Notes: generated by a model not told the origin, from the letters alone. A DNA stretch of 64,000 bases from Eubacteriales bacterium (GCA_045544735.1 JAZPZM010000077.1:971-64970); one strand, 5' to 3'; numbered from the stretch's first letter, positions 46,969 through 57,997 are shown. Translations and numbers: made by a program.

Positions 46969-47076
46969 CCGTTTACAATATAATTAAAATAATCTAATAT
47001 ATTATACAACAAAACCGTTTTCGTGTCAAGTGAAATATATTCAAAACCCCATTGTGACGAGCACAATGGGGAAAAT

Positions 47077-47646
47077 TCAGTTGAATAATTTGCGCATTTG
47101 GTGCCCGTTGCCCGAAATTGCCGCAAGCAACGCGTCGGGAACAAGGTCAAAATCAGCCACCAAGGAATGCGGTTTTGCCACGGGATCGTCCTGCAAAAGC
47201 GGGACGAAATACACGTTTTTACGGGAATAGAGCGTAGCAATGTTTTTTAAATTTCCCGAAAGCGCGTCATTCGTGGCAAGTGCAATTATAAGCGGTCGGT
47301 CACTGCGAAGGTGTGCCTTTGCCGCCATCGTTACGGTAGTATCGGTAATACCCAAAGCGAGCTTCGCAAGCGTGTTTCCCGTACACGGACAAATAACGAG
47401 TGCGTCAAGCACCTCGCGCGGACCTAATGGCTCCGCCGCAATAATTGTCTTTATAGCCTTGTTTTCGCAAATATCCTCAACAGCCCAAACGAGCGACTCA
47501 GCCGTTCCGAATCTCGTGTCCGAAGTCGCGGATATCTCGCTGATTATAGGAAGGATCTCATATCCGTTATCCTTTAATTTTCTAAGAATTTCAAGAGATT
47601 TTTTGTGGGTGCAAAACGAACCGCACATAGCATATCCGATCTTCAT
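47077..47646 (-). CDS. dpaB: Dipicolinate synthase subunit B
   Basis: 189-aa flavoprotein-like protein. MKIGYAMCGSFCT...ICPCTGNTLAKLA. It is adjacent to dpaA. Confidence 0.88.
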   Translation of the reverse strand: MKIGYAMCGSFCTHKKSLEILRKLKDNGYEILPIISEISATSDTRFGTAESLVWAVEDICENKAIKTIIAAEPLGPREVLDALVICPCTGNTLAKLALGITDTTVTMAAKAHLRSDRPLIIALATNDALSGNLKNIATLYSRKNVYFVPLLQDDPVAKPHSLVADFDLVPDALLAAISGNGHQMRKLFN

Positions 47647-47699
47647 TTCATCACCACTTACAGAGATATAGAAAAACAGAAAAGCAATATTTGTCTTTT

Positions 47700-48581
47700 C
47701 TATTTTTCTTCAAGATTACTTAAATAATTAAGAACTATCTTACCGATTATCATTCCCGCCGACCGTGGAAAATACTTTCCCGGCAGCGATAGCGCTTTCA
47801 AAACTCTGAGTCCTCTCTCCTTGGCGTAGTTAAAATCAAAGCCGCCGGGACTTGAAGCAAGGTCAACATAGAGAGTTTCCTCGCGGGCGGATTTGAGCAC
47901 TTCGGCGTCAAAAAGCACGCACGGAACCGTATTGAAAACTACGTCGTAGCCACCCGCGACGAGACGCGAAAGCGAGTCTGCGGATATACTCCTCGGTGTC
48001 ATACCCGATATTTCTATCCGTGCAAGCTCCGAGTCCTTCCGTGCGGCTACGTCCACCCTTGCCCCCATACGCCAAAGCAACGAGGCAAGCGCCTTGCCTA
48101 TTCTTCCGTATCCGACAACGAGAATGCTTGAGGAAAATATCGTGCGATCGAGATTTTCAAAAGCAACGGCTACCGCGCCCTCGGCCGTCGGTAAAGCATT
48201 CAATATCTGAAGCTCCTCGTTCAAAAAGTAGTCGATAGCTTCCCTGCTTTGCTCTTTGGCGTAGCTCAAAAAAGAATCGGGCAATTTTCCGCCCAAAACA
48301 ACGCCGCTTGATGCGTCAAGGATGTCGCGAAGATGCGGAACGTCCTCCGTAAAGCTTGGCGAAACGTTGAGCCTGCCCCCACCGTCCTCTGCCACGATGG
48401 GAATAATTATCGCATCAGCCGATGCAAGCGCCGAGCGCCACTTGGCGCAACGCACAGCTCCGCCGATGTTTCCGTTTACAGCCCAAGTAGCCGTTTCGTA
48501 TCCGGTCTCCGCAAGCATTGCCGCAAGTGCCGCTTGCCGCGCGTCTCCTCCGAGAACTGCAATTTTTTTGATTTTTTTCAT
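47700..48581 (-). CDS. dpaA: Dipicolinate synthase subunit A
   Basis: GGGAGG RBS precedes ATG 48581. KIAVLGGDARQ and the NAD-binding VVGYGRIGKALA. Confidence 0.88.
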   Translation of the reverse strand: MKKIKKIAVLGGDARQAALAAMLAETGYETATWAVNGNIGGAVRCAKWRSALASADAIIIPIVAEDGGGRLNVSPSFTEDVPHLRDILDASSGVVLGGKLPDSFLSYAKEQSREAIDYFLNEELQILNALPTAEGAVAVAFENLDRTIFSSSILVVGYGRIGKALASLLWRMGARVDVAARKDSELARIEISGMTPRSISADSLSRLVAGGYDVVFNTVPCVLFDAEVLKSAREETLYVDLASSPGGFDFNYAKERGLRVLKALSLPGKYFPRSAGMIIGKIVLNYLSNLEEK

Positions 48582-48793
48582 TACCGCCTCCCGTGCCAAG
48601 AGTTGAAAAAGCACCTATTATAGATTATGACACATCTCCCCAGCTTGCGACAAAAAAAGGGCTGATTTAGCGCAGAACAAAAATACAAAAACAAGTAAAG
48701 AAAAAAGACCGTTTTTTCGTCCCAAAGGATGTGAAAAAGCGCTCTTTTAAGGTAGAAATCCTTTCGGATTTCGATTTTTATACGTATTTTTTA

Positions 48794-48849
48794 GCCGCGA
48801 TTTTGCCCTCTGGCGTACCCTCGTACGCCGATGGCGGCAAAATCGCGAC
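48794..48849. repeat. Nested palindrome (REP-like element)
   Basis: Outer arms GCCGCGATTTTGCC / GGCAAAATCGCGaC enclose GGCGTAC-cctc-GTACGCC. Confidence 0.5.
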
Positions 48850-48875
48850 TTCTGCATCTAACTGATACAGCCCTT

Positions 48876-49571
48876 TCATAATATTTTTATGCCTGCCGTA
48901 TTTTTCAAATTTACGATATTCCCCGTTTGGGTTTCAACGTTAAGGGTAAAATCGTCGCATATTTCTCGCGCAAGTGCTATTTCGCCGCTGTCAAGTATTA
49001 CTTTTTTTCCCACCGTAGTACAAAGTGAGCGGTATTCAAAAAGAAAATCGTCGTTAAGCGAGCGCACTATAAGCTCGGCAATGGCTTGAGCCACGGCATC
49101 GCCGTCGCACTCAATGTTGAGGCTGATCGCATTTCCGCACAGCTTCTGAGGAAGCGGAGCGCTGCCGAGATTTATACCAAAGCCTATGCGAAATGCGGTT
49201 ATTTTATCCTTTTCGATGGAAGTGGCGCTGAGTATTCCGCCGTATTTTTTATCTTGGTAAAGGAGATCGTTTATCCATTTGATGCGAAGTCCGTCGCGAT
49301 ATTCGGAAAGCACGCGAGTTGCGCAAACAGCGGCAAGCGAAGTCAAACGGCTGACGAGCGGAAGCTCCGTTTTCAAGTCAAAATCCCGTTTAACGAGCAA
49401 GGTTGCGTATATACCGTTACCACGCGGGGAGCAAAAGCTATGGTCGCCCTGACCTCTGCCTGCGGTTTGCTCTTTTGTTAAAAACAAATATTCGCCCTTT
49501 CCAAGAGTGGGCAGAATACGCCCACTCTCCAAAAAGGTCGAATCAATACTTTCGTATTTGAAAACTTGCAT
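48876..49571 (-). CDS. birA: Biotin--[acetyl-CoA-carboxylase] ligase (no N-terminal HTH)
   Basis: EQTAGRGQGDHSFCSPRGNGIY and KWINDLL motifs. Confidence 0.85.
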   Translation of the reverse strand: MQVFKYESIDSTFLESGRILPTLGKGEYLFLTKEQTAGRGQGDHSFCSPRGNGIYATLLVKRDFDLKTELPLVSRLTSLAAVCATRVLSEYRDGLRIKWINDLLYQDKKYGGILSATSIEKDKITAFRIGFGINLGSAPLPQKLCGNAISLNIECDGDAVAQAIAELIVRSLNDDFLFEYRSLCTTVGKKVILDSGEIALAREICDDFTLNVETQTGNIVNLKNTAGIKIL

Positions 49572-50563
49572 TATCTTTCCTCGCGGAAATACGACTTACC
49601 AAGCGCCGCAGGGGGCTGATGCTCCTTCTTCTTTCTTGAGCTTGTAAACACAAGAACGATTATGGTAACGAGGTAAGGAAGCATCTTGATAAGCTCCTTG
49701 GTGCTGCCCGAAAGTCCGGGGATAAAGATACAAGCGATATAAAGTCCGCCGAAAACGTAGGAGCTGAATATTGCGCTACGCGGCTTCCACAAAGCGAAAA
49801 TAACGATAGCGATAGCAAGCCATCCGCGGTCGCCAAAGCCGTTATTCGTCCACGCGCCCGTCGTGTAATCCATAACGAAATAAAGTCCGCCAAGTCCCGC
49901 TATTGCGCCGCCTATGCAGGTTGCAAGATATTTGTATTTTGAAACGTTGATACCTGCGGCATCTGCGGTTGCGGGGTTTTCACCGACGGCGCGGAGGTTG
50001 AGTCCGACTCGCGTACGGTTGAGAAACCATTGTGCAAAGAGCGCGATAAAAATAGAAAGGTAAACGAGGAAGCCGAAGGAAAAGAACGTCTCGCCTATAA
50101 TGCCAAGATGGTCGGACAAAAACGGAATCTTCGTTTTATACGCATTTCCCGTAACGAGAAGCGAGATAGAACCGCTCTCGCCAAACATTTTAAGGAGAGA
50201 GCCGCCGTAAAAGTTGCCAAGCCCTACGCCAAGGGTGGTGAGAGCAAGACCGACGACGTTCTGATTTGCCTTCAGGGTAATGGTAAGGAAGCTGTAGATA
50301 AGCGCGATAAAGGTCGAACCCGCAAGAGACGCGAGAAGCGAAATAATAACGCAAAGCACGGGGATGGGCTCGGCGCAGAAATGCTCGTAAAGATAGCCGC
50401 CGATTATACCCGAAATACCGCCGATATACATAATACCAGGGATACCGAGGTTGAGGTTTCCACTCTTTTCGGTGATGATCTCACCCGTTGCACCAAAAAG
50501 CAAGGGAGTGCCTTGAATGATAGCGGCGGCGATGAATGCCATTATTGAGGTAAGTACACTCAT
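49571..50563 (-). CDS. ABC transporter permease (BMP/nucleoside-type)
   Basis: Polytopic, 330 aa. Its ends overlap the neighbouring operon genes. Confidence 0.85.
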   Translation of the reverse strand: MSVLTSIMAFIAAAIIQGTPLLFGATGEIITEKSGNLNLGIPGIMYIGGISGIIGGYLYEHFCAEPIPVLCVIISLLASLAGSTFIALIYSFLTITLKANQNVVGLALTTLGVGLGNFYGGSLLKMFGESGSISLLVTGNAYKTKIPFLSDHLGIIGETFFSFGFLVYLSIFIALFAQWFLNRTRVGLNLRAVGENPATADAAGINVSKYKYLATCIGGAIAGLGGLYFVMDYTTGAWTNNGFGDRGWLAIAIVIFALWKPRSAIFSSYVFGGLYIACIFIPGLSGSTKELIKMLPYLVTIIVLVFTSSRKKKEHQPPAALGKSYFREER

Positions 50564-51693
50564 TTCGTCTCCTCCTTTTGCTTTTTATGACGGAAATTGA
50601 TCTTATAATTGATAAAGAACTCGCTACTGATGATGAAAAGAATTATAACTCCCGTAAGGACCTCGCCCACACTCGAATTAAGACGGAGTGAGGATGCTAT
50701 CTCGCCCGCACCTCTTTGCAGGAAGCACACGAGCAGGGATGAAAACACCATAACCACGGGGTTGAACTTTGACATCCACGAAATCATAATAGCGGTAAAA
50801 CCGTTACCTCCCACAGAGTTCGCGGTAATAGAGTGGGCAGTTCCCGCAGCAAGAATCCATCCCATAACGCCGCAAAGCGCGCCGGAGATAAGCACGGTGC
50901 GAATAATCACCTTCTTTACGTTGATGCCTATATATCTTGCGGTATTCTCGCTTTCACCGACGACGGCGATCTCGTAACCCTGCTTGGTCTTTTTGAGATA
51001 AACGTATACGATGACCGTAATTATAGCAACGATTATTATGTTAAGAAGGTATTTCTGTCCCGCTATCGACGGAAACCATCCGCTTTGAGTGTTGGCGTTT
51101 ACAACGCCAAGTATCATTGAGCCGCTGGGAACCCATATCATAATGAAGAACGAAACGAGCTGCATCGCAACGTAGTTCATCATAAGGGTAAAGAGTGTTT
51201 CGTTAGTGTTCCACGTTGCCTTGAAAAAGCCGGGAATACCCGCCCAAACCGCGCCTGCAATAACGCTGGCAAAGAACATAATGACTATAAGAAGCCACGA
51301 GGGGATCGCGTCGCCAATGTAGAACATACAAGCAACGCTTGCGAGCATACCGATAAGCACCTGCCCCTCTGCGCCCGTATTCCAAAAGCGCATTTTGAAA
51401 GCAGGCGTAACGGCAAGAGAGATACCGAGCAAGATAGCGGCAGACTGTAAAAGATTCCACAGCTTGCGCGACGTACCAAAGCTACCGTTGATCATCGAGG
51501 AAAAAACGTTTATAGGATTTTCACCCGTCAAAAGCATGACGAGAAGCGCGCAGAAAAGCATAGCAACAAGCAGCACGGCGGCTCTTATTCCCCAAGACTT
51601 AAGACGCGGCATATCGTTACGCTTAGTGATGTGGATAAAGGGCTCGTGTGTCTTTTTCGTGACGACCGAAGCGTTTACTTTTTCATTTTGCAT
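50560..51693 (-). CDS. ABC transporter permease (BMP/nucleoside-type)
   Basis: Polytopic, 377 aa. It is translationally coupled to its neighbours. Confidence 0.85.
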   Translation of the reverse strand: MQNEKVNASVVTKKTHEPFIHITKRNDMPRLKSWGIRAAVLLVAMLFCALLVMLLTGENPINVFSSMINGSFGTSRKLWNLLQSAAILLGISLAVTPAFKMRFWNTGAEGQVLIGMLASVACMFYIGDAIPSWLLIVIMFFASVIAGAVWAGIPGFFKATWNTNETLFTLMMNYVAMQLVSFFIMIWVPSGSMILGVVNANTQSGWFPSIAGQKYLLNIIIVAIITVIVYVYLKKTKQGYEIAVVGESENTARYIGINVKKVIIRTVLISGALCGVMGWILAAGTAHSITANSVGGNGFTAIMISWMSKFNPVVMVFSSLLVCFLQRGAGEIASSLRLNSSVGEVLTGVIILFIISSEFFINYKINFRHKKQKEETK

Positions 51694-53227
51694 TGCTGTT
51701 TTCCTCCTCTCCTACGGTTTTGGTCATAAGATATCCTATTTCATTCTTGGTGGCATTTCTACCATCAACGATACCCGTTATTTTTCCGCTTCCGATAACC
51801 ATAATGCGATCGCAAAGCTCAACGAGAACGTCAAGATCCTCTCCTACGAAGATAACGGCAACGCCTTTTTGCTTTTGCTCGTTGAGAAGATCGTAGATGA
51901 GGTAAGAGGAATTAACGTCAAGACCTCTTACGGGATACGCCGCCATAAGCACAGTGGGGGCAGACGCGATCTCGCGCCCGATGAGGATCTTTTGTACGTT
52001 TCCACCCGACAGCTTACGGACTGCCACGTCCGTTCCGGGCGTTACAACGCCAAGCTGCTCGATAATTCTTTCAGCAAGTGCCTCGGGCTCTTGTCTTTGA
52101 ACGAACATAGAGCGTCCGCTACGGTAGCTACGGAGCATCATATTATCGACGATGTCCATATCTCCAACGAGTCCCATGCCAAGTCTGTCCTCGGGAACGA
52201 AGGAAAGGCGCACACCAAGCTCTCTTATCTGAATCGGAGTTTTATCTCTGAGATTTTCTTCTTTGCCCGTTTTGGGATCGTGATATATTATCGAACCGCC
52301 ATCGAGCTTTTGGAGTCCCGCAATAGCCTCAAGAAGCTCTCGCTGACCGCTTCCCGCAATGCCTGCGATACCAAGTATCTCGCCCGAACGCGCAACGAAG
52401 CTTACGTCATCAAGGAGCTTGACACCGTCTCTGTTATGGCAATTTATATGCTCAACAACGATCCTGTCCTCCGAATCTATTGGCTCGGGGCGATGAATAT
52501 TGAGCTCAACCTTCTTACCGACCATCATCTCGGTAAGCTCATCCTCATTCGTTTCGGCAGTATTGACGGTGCCGACGTACTCGCCGTGTCGAAGAACCGC
52601 CACCTTATCGGAAAGCGCAAGCACCTCGTGAAGCTTATGAGTAATGATGATTATCGCCTTTCCGTCATTTCGCATACGGCGAACGACGTCAAAAAGCTTA
52701 CCGGCCTCCTGCGGAGTAAGAACTGCCGTGGGCTCGTCAAGGATAAGGATGTCTGCGCCCCTGTAAAGCACCTTGACTATCTCAACGGTCTGCTTCTCGG
52801 AAACGGACATTTCGTATATCTTTTTGTTAGGGTCTATGTCAAACCCGTATTTTTCGCTTATTTCGTTAACTCGCTTTGAAACCTCGGCAAGATTGAATTT
52901 CCCTTTCTCGTTAAGTCCGAGAACTATGTTTTCCGCGGCGGTAAAAAGGTCCACCAGCTTGAAATGCTGATGAATCATACCGATCTTAAAATTGAAGGCA
53001 TCGTGCGGAGAGTTGATGGAGACCTCGTTTCCGCCGATAAATATCTGTCCTTCGTCGGGGTGGTAGATGCCCGATATCATATTCATAAGCGTGGTCTTGC
53101 CGCTTCCGTTTTCACCGAGGAGCGCAAGTATCTCGCCGTTGTATACGGAAAGATTTACGTTCTTGTTTGCCTGAATACGACCAAAGCGTTTGGAAATGTT
53201 GCGCAATTCAATGGCGACCTGATTCAT
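51683..53227 (-). CDS. ABC transporter ATP-binding protein (duplicated ATPase)
   Basis: Walker A GENGSGKT, signature VSEKQTVEI, Walker B ILILDEPT, and a second cassette (LSGGNVQK). Confidence 0.92.
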   Translation of the reverse strand: MNQVAIELRNISKRFGRIQANKNVNLSVYNGEILALLGENGSGKTTLMNMISGIYHPDEGQIFIGGNEVSINSPHDAFNFKIGMIHQHFKLVDLFTAAENIVLGLNEKGKFNLAEVSKRVNEISEKYGFDIDPNKKIYEMSVSEKQTVEIVKVLYRGADILILDEPTAVLTPQEAGKLFDVVRRMRNDGKAIIIITHKLHEVLALSDKVAVLRHGEYVGTVNTAETNEDELTEMMVGKKVELNIHRPEPIDSEDRIVVEHINCHNRDGVKLLDDVSFVARSGEILGIAGIAGSGQRELLEAIAGLQKLDGGSIIYHDPKTGKEENLRDKTPIQIRELGVRLSFVPEDRLGMGLVGDMDIVDNMMLRSYRSGRSMFVQRQEPEALAERIIEQLGVVTPGTDVAVRKLSGGNVQKILIGREIASAPTVLMAAYPVRGLDVNSSYLIYDLLNEQKQKGVAVIFVGEDLDVLVELCDRIMVIGSGKITGIVDGRNATKNEIGYLMTKTVGEEENSNAK

Positions 53228-53303
53228 TTCTAATTCCTTTCAGCAGTTTTTTCGCTATCAAAAGAAAACGCACCGCAAAGCTGTATCCTCTTTTCATAAC
53301 GAA

Positions 53304-53327
53304 AAACACCTCTGGGGATGCCGATTT
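53304..53327 (-). terminator. Intercistronic hairpin between the binding-protein and ATPase genes (partial terminator/stabiliser)
   Basis: Stem GGGGATGCCG/CGGCATCCCC. On the - strand it is followed by AGAGGTGTTTTT. Confidence 0.5.
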
Positions 53328-53353
53328 CGGCATCCCCAAATGGCTTTATAAAC

Positions 53354-54592
53354 TTATTTGCTTGCCTCGATACCGTCGATAATAATATCAAAGTAAGGAG
53401 CGGAGCGCTTGCCGTCGGCGGACTCATCAAAGTATCCGTCGTGAACGACGTTAGTGTCGGGAGTGAAAGCGGCATCGGAATCAACGTCTGCCTTATACTC
53501 GGTAAGAGTCTTTCCTCCAACGGTGAACTTGGAGGTATCAAATACCTTCAGAGTGCCGGCCTTGAACTGTGCCATAGCGGCGTCGATAGCCTCCTGAGTG
53601 CCGGGAGCTGCGCAAGCGGCGTTCAGCTCGGTGAGCTTAACGGAGCCTTCCTGAATGCCGCCGCACCAGTCGTAGGGGATCTCACTACCCTTGCCGTCTC
53701 TGGTCTTCTCGATGATGAGCTTCATGTAAGGAGTCCAGTCGATCTTAGAGGAGATGAGAGCGGTGGTGGGAGCGATGCTGATGGTGCTGATGTTGTAAGC
53801 AACGTTAGGAACGCCTGCCTCTTCACAAGCCTTGGGAGCGCCCTCGGAGTCAGCGTGCTGACTGAGGAGTACGCAGCCTGCTGCGATAAGAGTCTCGGCA
53901 GCGGTCTTTTCAAGTGCGATATCGAACCAAGAGTTGGTGTACTCAACCTTCATAGTAGCGGTGGGGCAAACGGAGCGAGCGCCGAGGAAGAATGCGGTGT
54001 AACCCGACTTAACCTCTGCGTAGGGCCATGCGCCAACGTAACCGATAACAGCCTGCTCGGCAGTAATCTTGCCGCTGGCGATCATCTCGTTAAGCTTCAT
54101 ACCTGCGGCGATACCTGCAAGATATCTGCCCTCGTAGATGGAAGCGAAAGCGTTGTGGTAGTTGGAAAGCTTTTCAGTGTGAGCCTTAGTACCGGTAGCG
54201 TGACAGAACTGTACTTCAGGGAACTCTTTAGCTGCCTGAATCATAAAGTCCTCGTGACCGAAGGAGTCAGCGAAGATGAGGTCGCAGCCTTCGTCAACAA
54301 GCTCGCAAGCGGCGTCGTAGCACTCAGGACCCTCGGGGATGTTAACCTTCATAATTACATCCTTTTCAGAGAGACCCATTGCAGCAGCTGCTGCATTTGC
54401 GGCATCAATAAAGTTTTTGTCGTAGGTGGAGTTTTCATCGTGCAAGAAGATGAAACCTACCTTGATCGACTTGGCATCGCCGTTGCCGGATCCGTCGTCA
54501 TTGCCGGAGCCTGCATCAGAGCAAGCGGCAAAAGAACAAGCGAGTGCAACAACCATAACGATCGCCATAATAAGTGATAAAACTTTTTTCAT
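53354..54592 (-). CDS. BMP family ABC transporter substrate-binding lipoprotein
   Basis: Lipobox LACSFAAC after a signal peptide. BMP/PnrA-like body (VGFIFLHDENSTYDKNF). Confidence 0.88.
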   Translation of the reverse strand: MKKVLSLIMAIVMVVALACSFAACSDAGSGNDDGSGNGDAKSIKVGFIFLHDENSTYDKNFIDAANAAAAAMGLSEKDVIMKVNIPEGPECYDAACELVDEGCDLIFADSFGHEDFMIQAAKEFPEVQFCHATGTKAHTEKLSNYHNAFASIYEGRYLAGIAAGMKLNEMIASGKITAEQAVIGYVGAWPYAEVKSGYTAFFLGARSVCPTATMKVEYTNSWFDIALEKTAAETLIAAGCVLLSQHADSEGAPKACEEAGVPNVAYNISTISIAPTTALISSKIDWTPYMKLIIEKTRDGKGSEIPYDWCGGIQEGSVKLTELNAACAAPGTQEAIDAAMAQFKAGTLKVFDTSKFTVGGKTLTEYKADVDSDAAFTPDTNVVHDGYFDESADGKRSAPYFDIIIDGIEASK

Positions 54593-54688
54593 GGTTTTCC
54601 TCCATATGGATAAAAATTTATAATCAGCGCTATGCGCCGAATATACAAAAATGAACAGTTTTTTACAAAACTATTTTCATACGTACAT

Positions 54689-54717
54689 ATTATAACAATA
54701 AAACCCCAAACTGTCAA
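54689..54717 (-). promoter_or_regulatory. Consensus sigma-A promoter of the ABC operon (TTGACA - 17 - TATAAT)
   Basis: The - strand reads TTGACAgtttggggttttattgtTATAAT. Confidence 0.75.
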
Positions 54718-54757
54718 GAATAAAACCGAAATTGCGAGTGTATATTTTTACAAAAAA

Positions 54758-57088
54758 TCAATCAAAAACCAGCGAAACGATATCACAATCAACGAATACC
54801 CTGCCGTATGACTCGATATCCCCTATTTGCGCGACGCTCTCAAGAACCTCCCTCTCGGCAATATACAGATTCTTTGCGCTTGGGAGCCAAAGCTCCTTAT
54901 CAAGCCTCGGACGAGGCCCGTGAGAACCTATTATCAAAGTCTCAACGTTCCCCACCTTCGCAATACACGAGGAGCTTACGTAAGCAAGGCTTTGATCTTC
55001 GTCTTTTATGTAAATTGACGTGTTCGGGTGATAAAAGCCTTCGGGGATTTTTACACCGGATATATTTATTTCTATGGACCCCAACACCGCCAGCACCTCA
55101 TCCGCCATATACATAAAGCAAGCAACACCCTCGCGCTCGGCAATGTAGAAAAGGCGCGCCATTATCTCGGCATCCAAGGCACTTGCAGGCGTGGGAATAT
55201 ATAGGCGGCGTACGCGCTTGGACTGCATAAACGAGCCGAGCACGCCGACGTGTCTTTCGTGATAATGCGTAAGAAGCACGGCTTCCACTTCCGTCGCGCC
55301 GCGCTCTGCGGCAATTTTAAACCCATCGTACAGCACGGAGGATGAGCCGCTTGTAATATCGCAAATAACGGCTTCGTCACCCTTGGTCATAACTATCGCG
55401 TCGTTGTTACCCACGGAGATGAAGTCCGTTCTTACGGAGTCGGCGGTAGCGTTATACGTCAGCACTCCGGCGATAACGATCGCAAGTCCGAGATACGACG
55501 GCAGTACCGCAAGAAGCCGCCTCCTTAACTTTAGCGAAACCAAAAGGACGGTAAGCGCGGTTGCTACGATTACAACGGGAACGACGAAATCGTGGCGTAA
55601 GGAAAGCATAACGTGATGAAGCTCGGAGAATGCCGAAGTAATATCAAGGATAATTTCTCCAACCGCCTCCGCTCCCGAAGCAACGAGCGCACCTACGATA
55701 GGAACGCCGCCGAGGACGAGCGCAAAAAGCGAAAGCAAGATAAACGCCGCGGCAACGGGCGAAAGCAAAAGGTTGGAGGGAACGGACGCAAGTGACAGAG
55801 TTCCAACGCTATAGCAAACCGGAAGGAGCATAAATATCCACACCGCGAAGGCGACCACGATGGCAGACGCCACCTTGTTTACGGCGTTTATAAACGCTAT
55901 AAAGCGCTTACGCCTTTTGTTAAGCTCACCTCGCCTTGAAGGATCAGCTTCAAGCTCCAAGCGCATTTCAAAATGATTCTTACGAAGGATTTTCGTAAAC
56001 GCCTCGGTAAGAGAGGGCGTAACTATAAGTATACCCAGCGTTGCGCAGAACGAAAGAATAAAGCCGAGGTCAAGTATCGCCGCAGGAGACACGATAAGTA
56101 TTACCCACGCGGCAAGACCAAGGGACGAAAGGCTGTCGTCCGACATTCCCAAAAGGTAGCTGACGTAGGTTATGCCAAGCATAATAGCCGCCCTCACGGC
56201 GCTTATGGGAAAATCTATAAGAAAGAGATAGAAAACGATAAAGCCCAAAAGCAGCACCAAGCGCGGCCCTTTGCCAAGCCCCAACCAAAACAGCAACGTT
56301 CCGACGACAGCGGCGATAATAGATAGATGCAGACCGCTTATTGCAAACAAATGCGATACCCCCGCGCGCGAAAAATCTCTGCGCGCCGATGGCGAAACGT
56401 CCGCCGTATCTCCCAGCAGCATAGCGGATGCAAGCACGCCCGACTCTCCGTCTATGATATTTTCAAGTCTTGCCGCGAGCCGTGCATTGAACGATGACAT
56501 TTTGCTAAAAACGGTCTCTCCCACCGTTCCTACCACGGTGTAATCTTCGCTCTCCCCGGATATCATTTTAAGGAATATCCCTTCGGAAAGCGGATTGGCG
56601 TATCCATCGTCAAACGCGAGCGCATCCTTAAGGCTTGCGCCGTAAAATACTGCGACGTCGCCGCGCTTAAGGTCTGCCACGTAGTTGCATTCAAGCAGCG
56701 CGTCAACGTCACACTCCTCGCCGTCTACGCTTTTGATATTTATCTCGTAATCCGTGTAAAAAGTGCCCGTGCCGCGAACGTCGGTTATTTCGCACCTTAC
56801 TTCCCTTTCCTCGCCCGTAAAACGAAGCGAGCCGAGGTAGCCCACGTCATAGTAAGCAAGGCAGCTGATCAAAACGCCAAGGCTTATAAGCACGACAACG
56901 GTGTTTGCGAAAAAACGATATGGGGTTATATTTTTTCTGACGAGCAAAATCAAGCACAAAAGCAAGCCCGCAAGCAACAAAAGAGCAAGCACGAGCTTGC
57001 CCGTTTTGTCAAAGCTGTAACCGCAGACCGCCATAACGGCGGCAAGCGCACCCGCTTGAAGCATCGGTCTACCGCCGAAAACGTCCAT
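54758..57088 (-). CDS. comEC: DNA internalisation-related competence protein ComEC/Rec2
   Basis: 776 aa. Polytopic competence domain (SHLFAISGLHL) plus a C-terminal metallo-beta-lactamase domain (LLTHYHERH). Confidence 0.88.
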   Translation of the reverse strand: MDVFGGRPMLQAGALAAVMAVCGYSFDKTGKLVLALLLLAGLLLCLILLVRKNITPYRFFANTVVVLISLGVLISCLAYYDVGYLGSLRFTGEEREVRCEITDVRGTGTFYTDYEINIKSVDGEECDVDALLECNYVADLKRGDVAVFYGASLKDALAFDDGYANPLSEGIFLKMISGESEDYTVVGTVGETVFSKMSSFNARLAARLENIIDGESGVLASAMLLGDTADVSPSARRDFSRAGVSHLFAISGLHLSIIAAVVGTLLFWLGLGKGPRLVLLLGFIVFYLFLIDFPISAVRAAIMLGITYVSYLLGMSDDSLSSLGLAAWVILIVSPAAILDLGFILSFCATLGILIVTPSLTEAFTKILRKNHFEMRLELEADPSRRGELNKRRKRFIAFINAVNKVASAIVVAFAVWIFMLLPVCYSVGTLSLASVPSNLLLSPVAAAFILLSLFALVLGGVPIVGALVASGAEAVGEIILDITSAFSELHHVMLSLRHDFVVPVVIVATALTVLLVSLKLRRRLLAVLPSYLGLAIVIAGVLTYNATADSVRTDFISVGNNDAIVMTKGDEAVICDITSGSSSVLYDGFKIAAERGATEVEAVLLTHYHERHVGVLGSFMQSKRVRRLYIPTPASALDAEIMARLFYIAEREGVACFMYMADEVLAVLGSIEINISGVKIPEGFYHPNTSIYIKDEDQSLAYVSSSCIAKVGNVETLIIGSHGPRPRLDKELWLPSAKNLYIAEREVLESVAQIGDIESYGRVFVDCDIVSLVFD

Positions 57089-57091
57089 AAC

Positions 57092-57997
57092 CTAAAGCTC
57101 CTCTACAAAATGATCCTTAAAGCCGTTGCCAAAAACGGCAACGGATCTCGTTACTATCACAAACGCCGCCGCGTCCTCTTCCTTTATAATATCGCGCACT
57201 GCGGGAAGTCGGCGGGGGCGAACGACAATAAGCAATATTTCCCTACTCTTGCCCGTATGCTCACCTTGACCGTAAAGCATAGTCGCCCCAACGTCAAGCT
57301 CGGCTCGAGCGCGCTCGGAAATCCGCCCATTGCTCACGCTTATGACATAAACGAGCATCGCACCGTCCGCGCCGTAAAGGATTTTATCAAGCACGACGGT
57401 CTGCGCAGCAAGCGCCAGCACCGAATAAAGAGCCGCATCAACGTCACCAAGCACCACCCACGAAGTCAGAACGACGGCTCCGTCAAAGGCTAAAAAAGCA
57501 ATGCCCGTATTAACATGCCTCAACCTCAACTTTAACAGCTTTACCGCGATGTCCACTCCTCCCGTGGTCGCACCGCACCTTAACACGATGCCAAGCCCCA
57601 ACGCAACGAGCACGCCGCCCGCAGTCGCGCCAAGAACAGCGTCGTGTGTTAAAGCGTTCACGCGCGACGAAAATATATCCGTAAAAAGCGCGCTTACGCC
57701 GACAGCAAACAGCGTATCAATAAAAAAACGCCTTCCAAAGATTTTCGCTCCTATTAAAATAAGCGGCACGTTGATAACCAAAAGCCAAAAGCCTATAGGC
57801 AAAAGCGGAAACACCGCGTGTATGATCAGGGCGATTCCCGAAACGCCTCCCGGAGCAAGGCTCGACGGCTCGTAAAAGCAAGCCACACCCACTGAAAAAG
57901 AAACGCATCCCGCAAGAATGAGCAAATATCTCTTTACCGCTTGACAAGGTGTGCCCCAATCCCTTGTTTTCGACACGTTAAATAAATGTATCAACAT
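57092..57997 (-). CDS. YitT family membrane protein (DUF2179 C-terminal domain)
   Basis: Polytopic N-terminal half, with GGVSGIALII and GATTGGVDI. The C-terminal soluble domain is typical of YitT. Confidence 0.8.
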   Translation of the reverse strand: MLIHLFNVSKTRDWGTPCQAVKRYLLILAGCVSFSVGVACFYEPSSLAPGGVSGIALIIHAVFPLLPIGFWLLVINVPLILIGAKIFGRRFFIDTLFAVGVSALFTDIFSSRVNALTHDAVLGATAGGVLVALGLGIVLRCGATTGGVDIAVKLLKLRLRHVNTGIAFLAFDGAVVLTSWVVLGDVDAALYSVLALAAQTVVLDKILYGADGAMLVYVISVSNGRISERARAELDVGATMLYGQGEHTGKSREILLIVVRPRRLPAVRDIIKEEDAAAFVIVTRSVAVFGNGFKDHFVEEL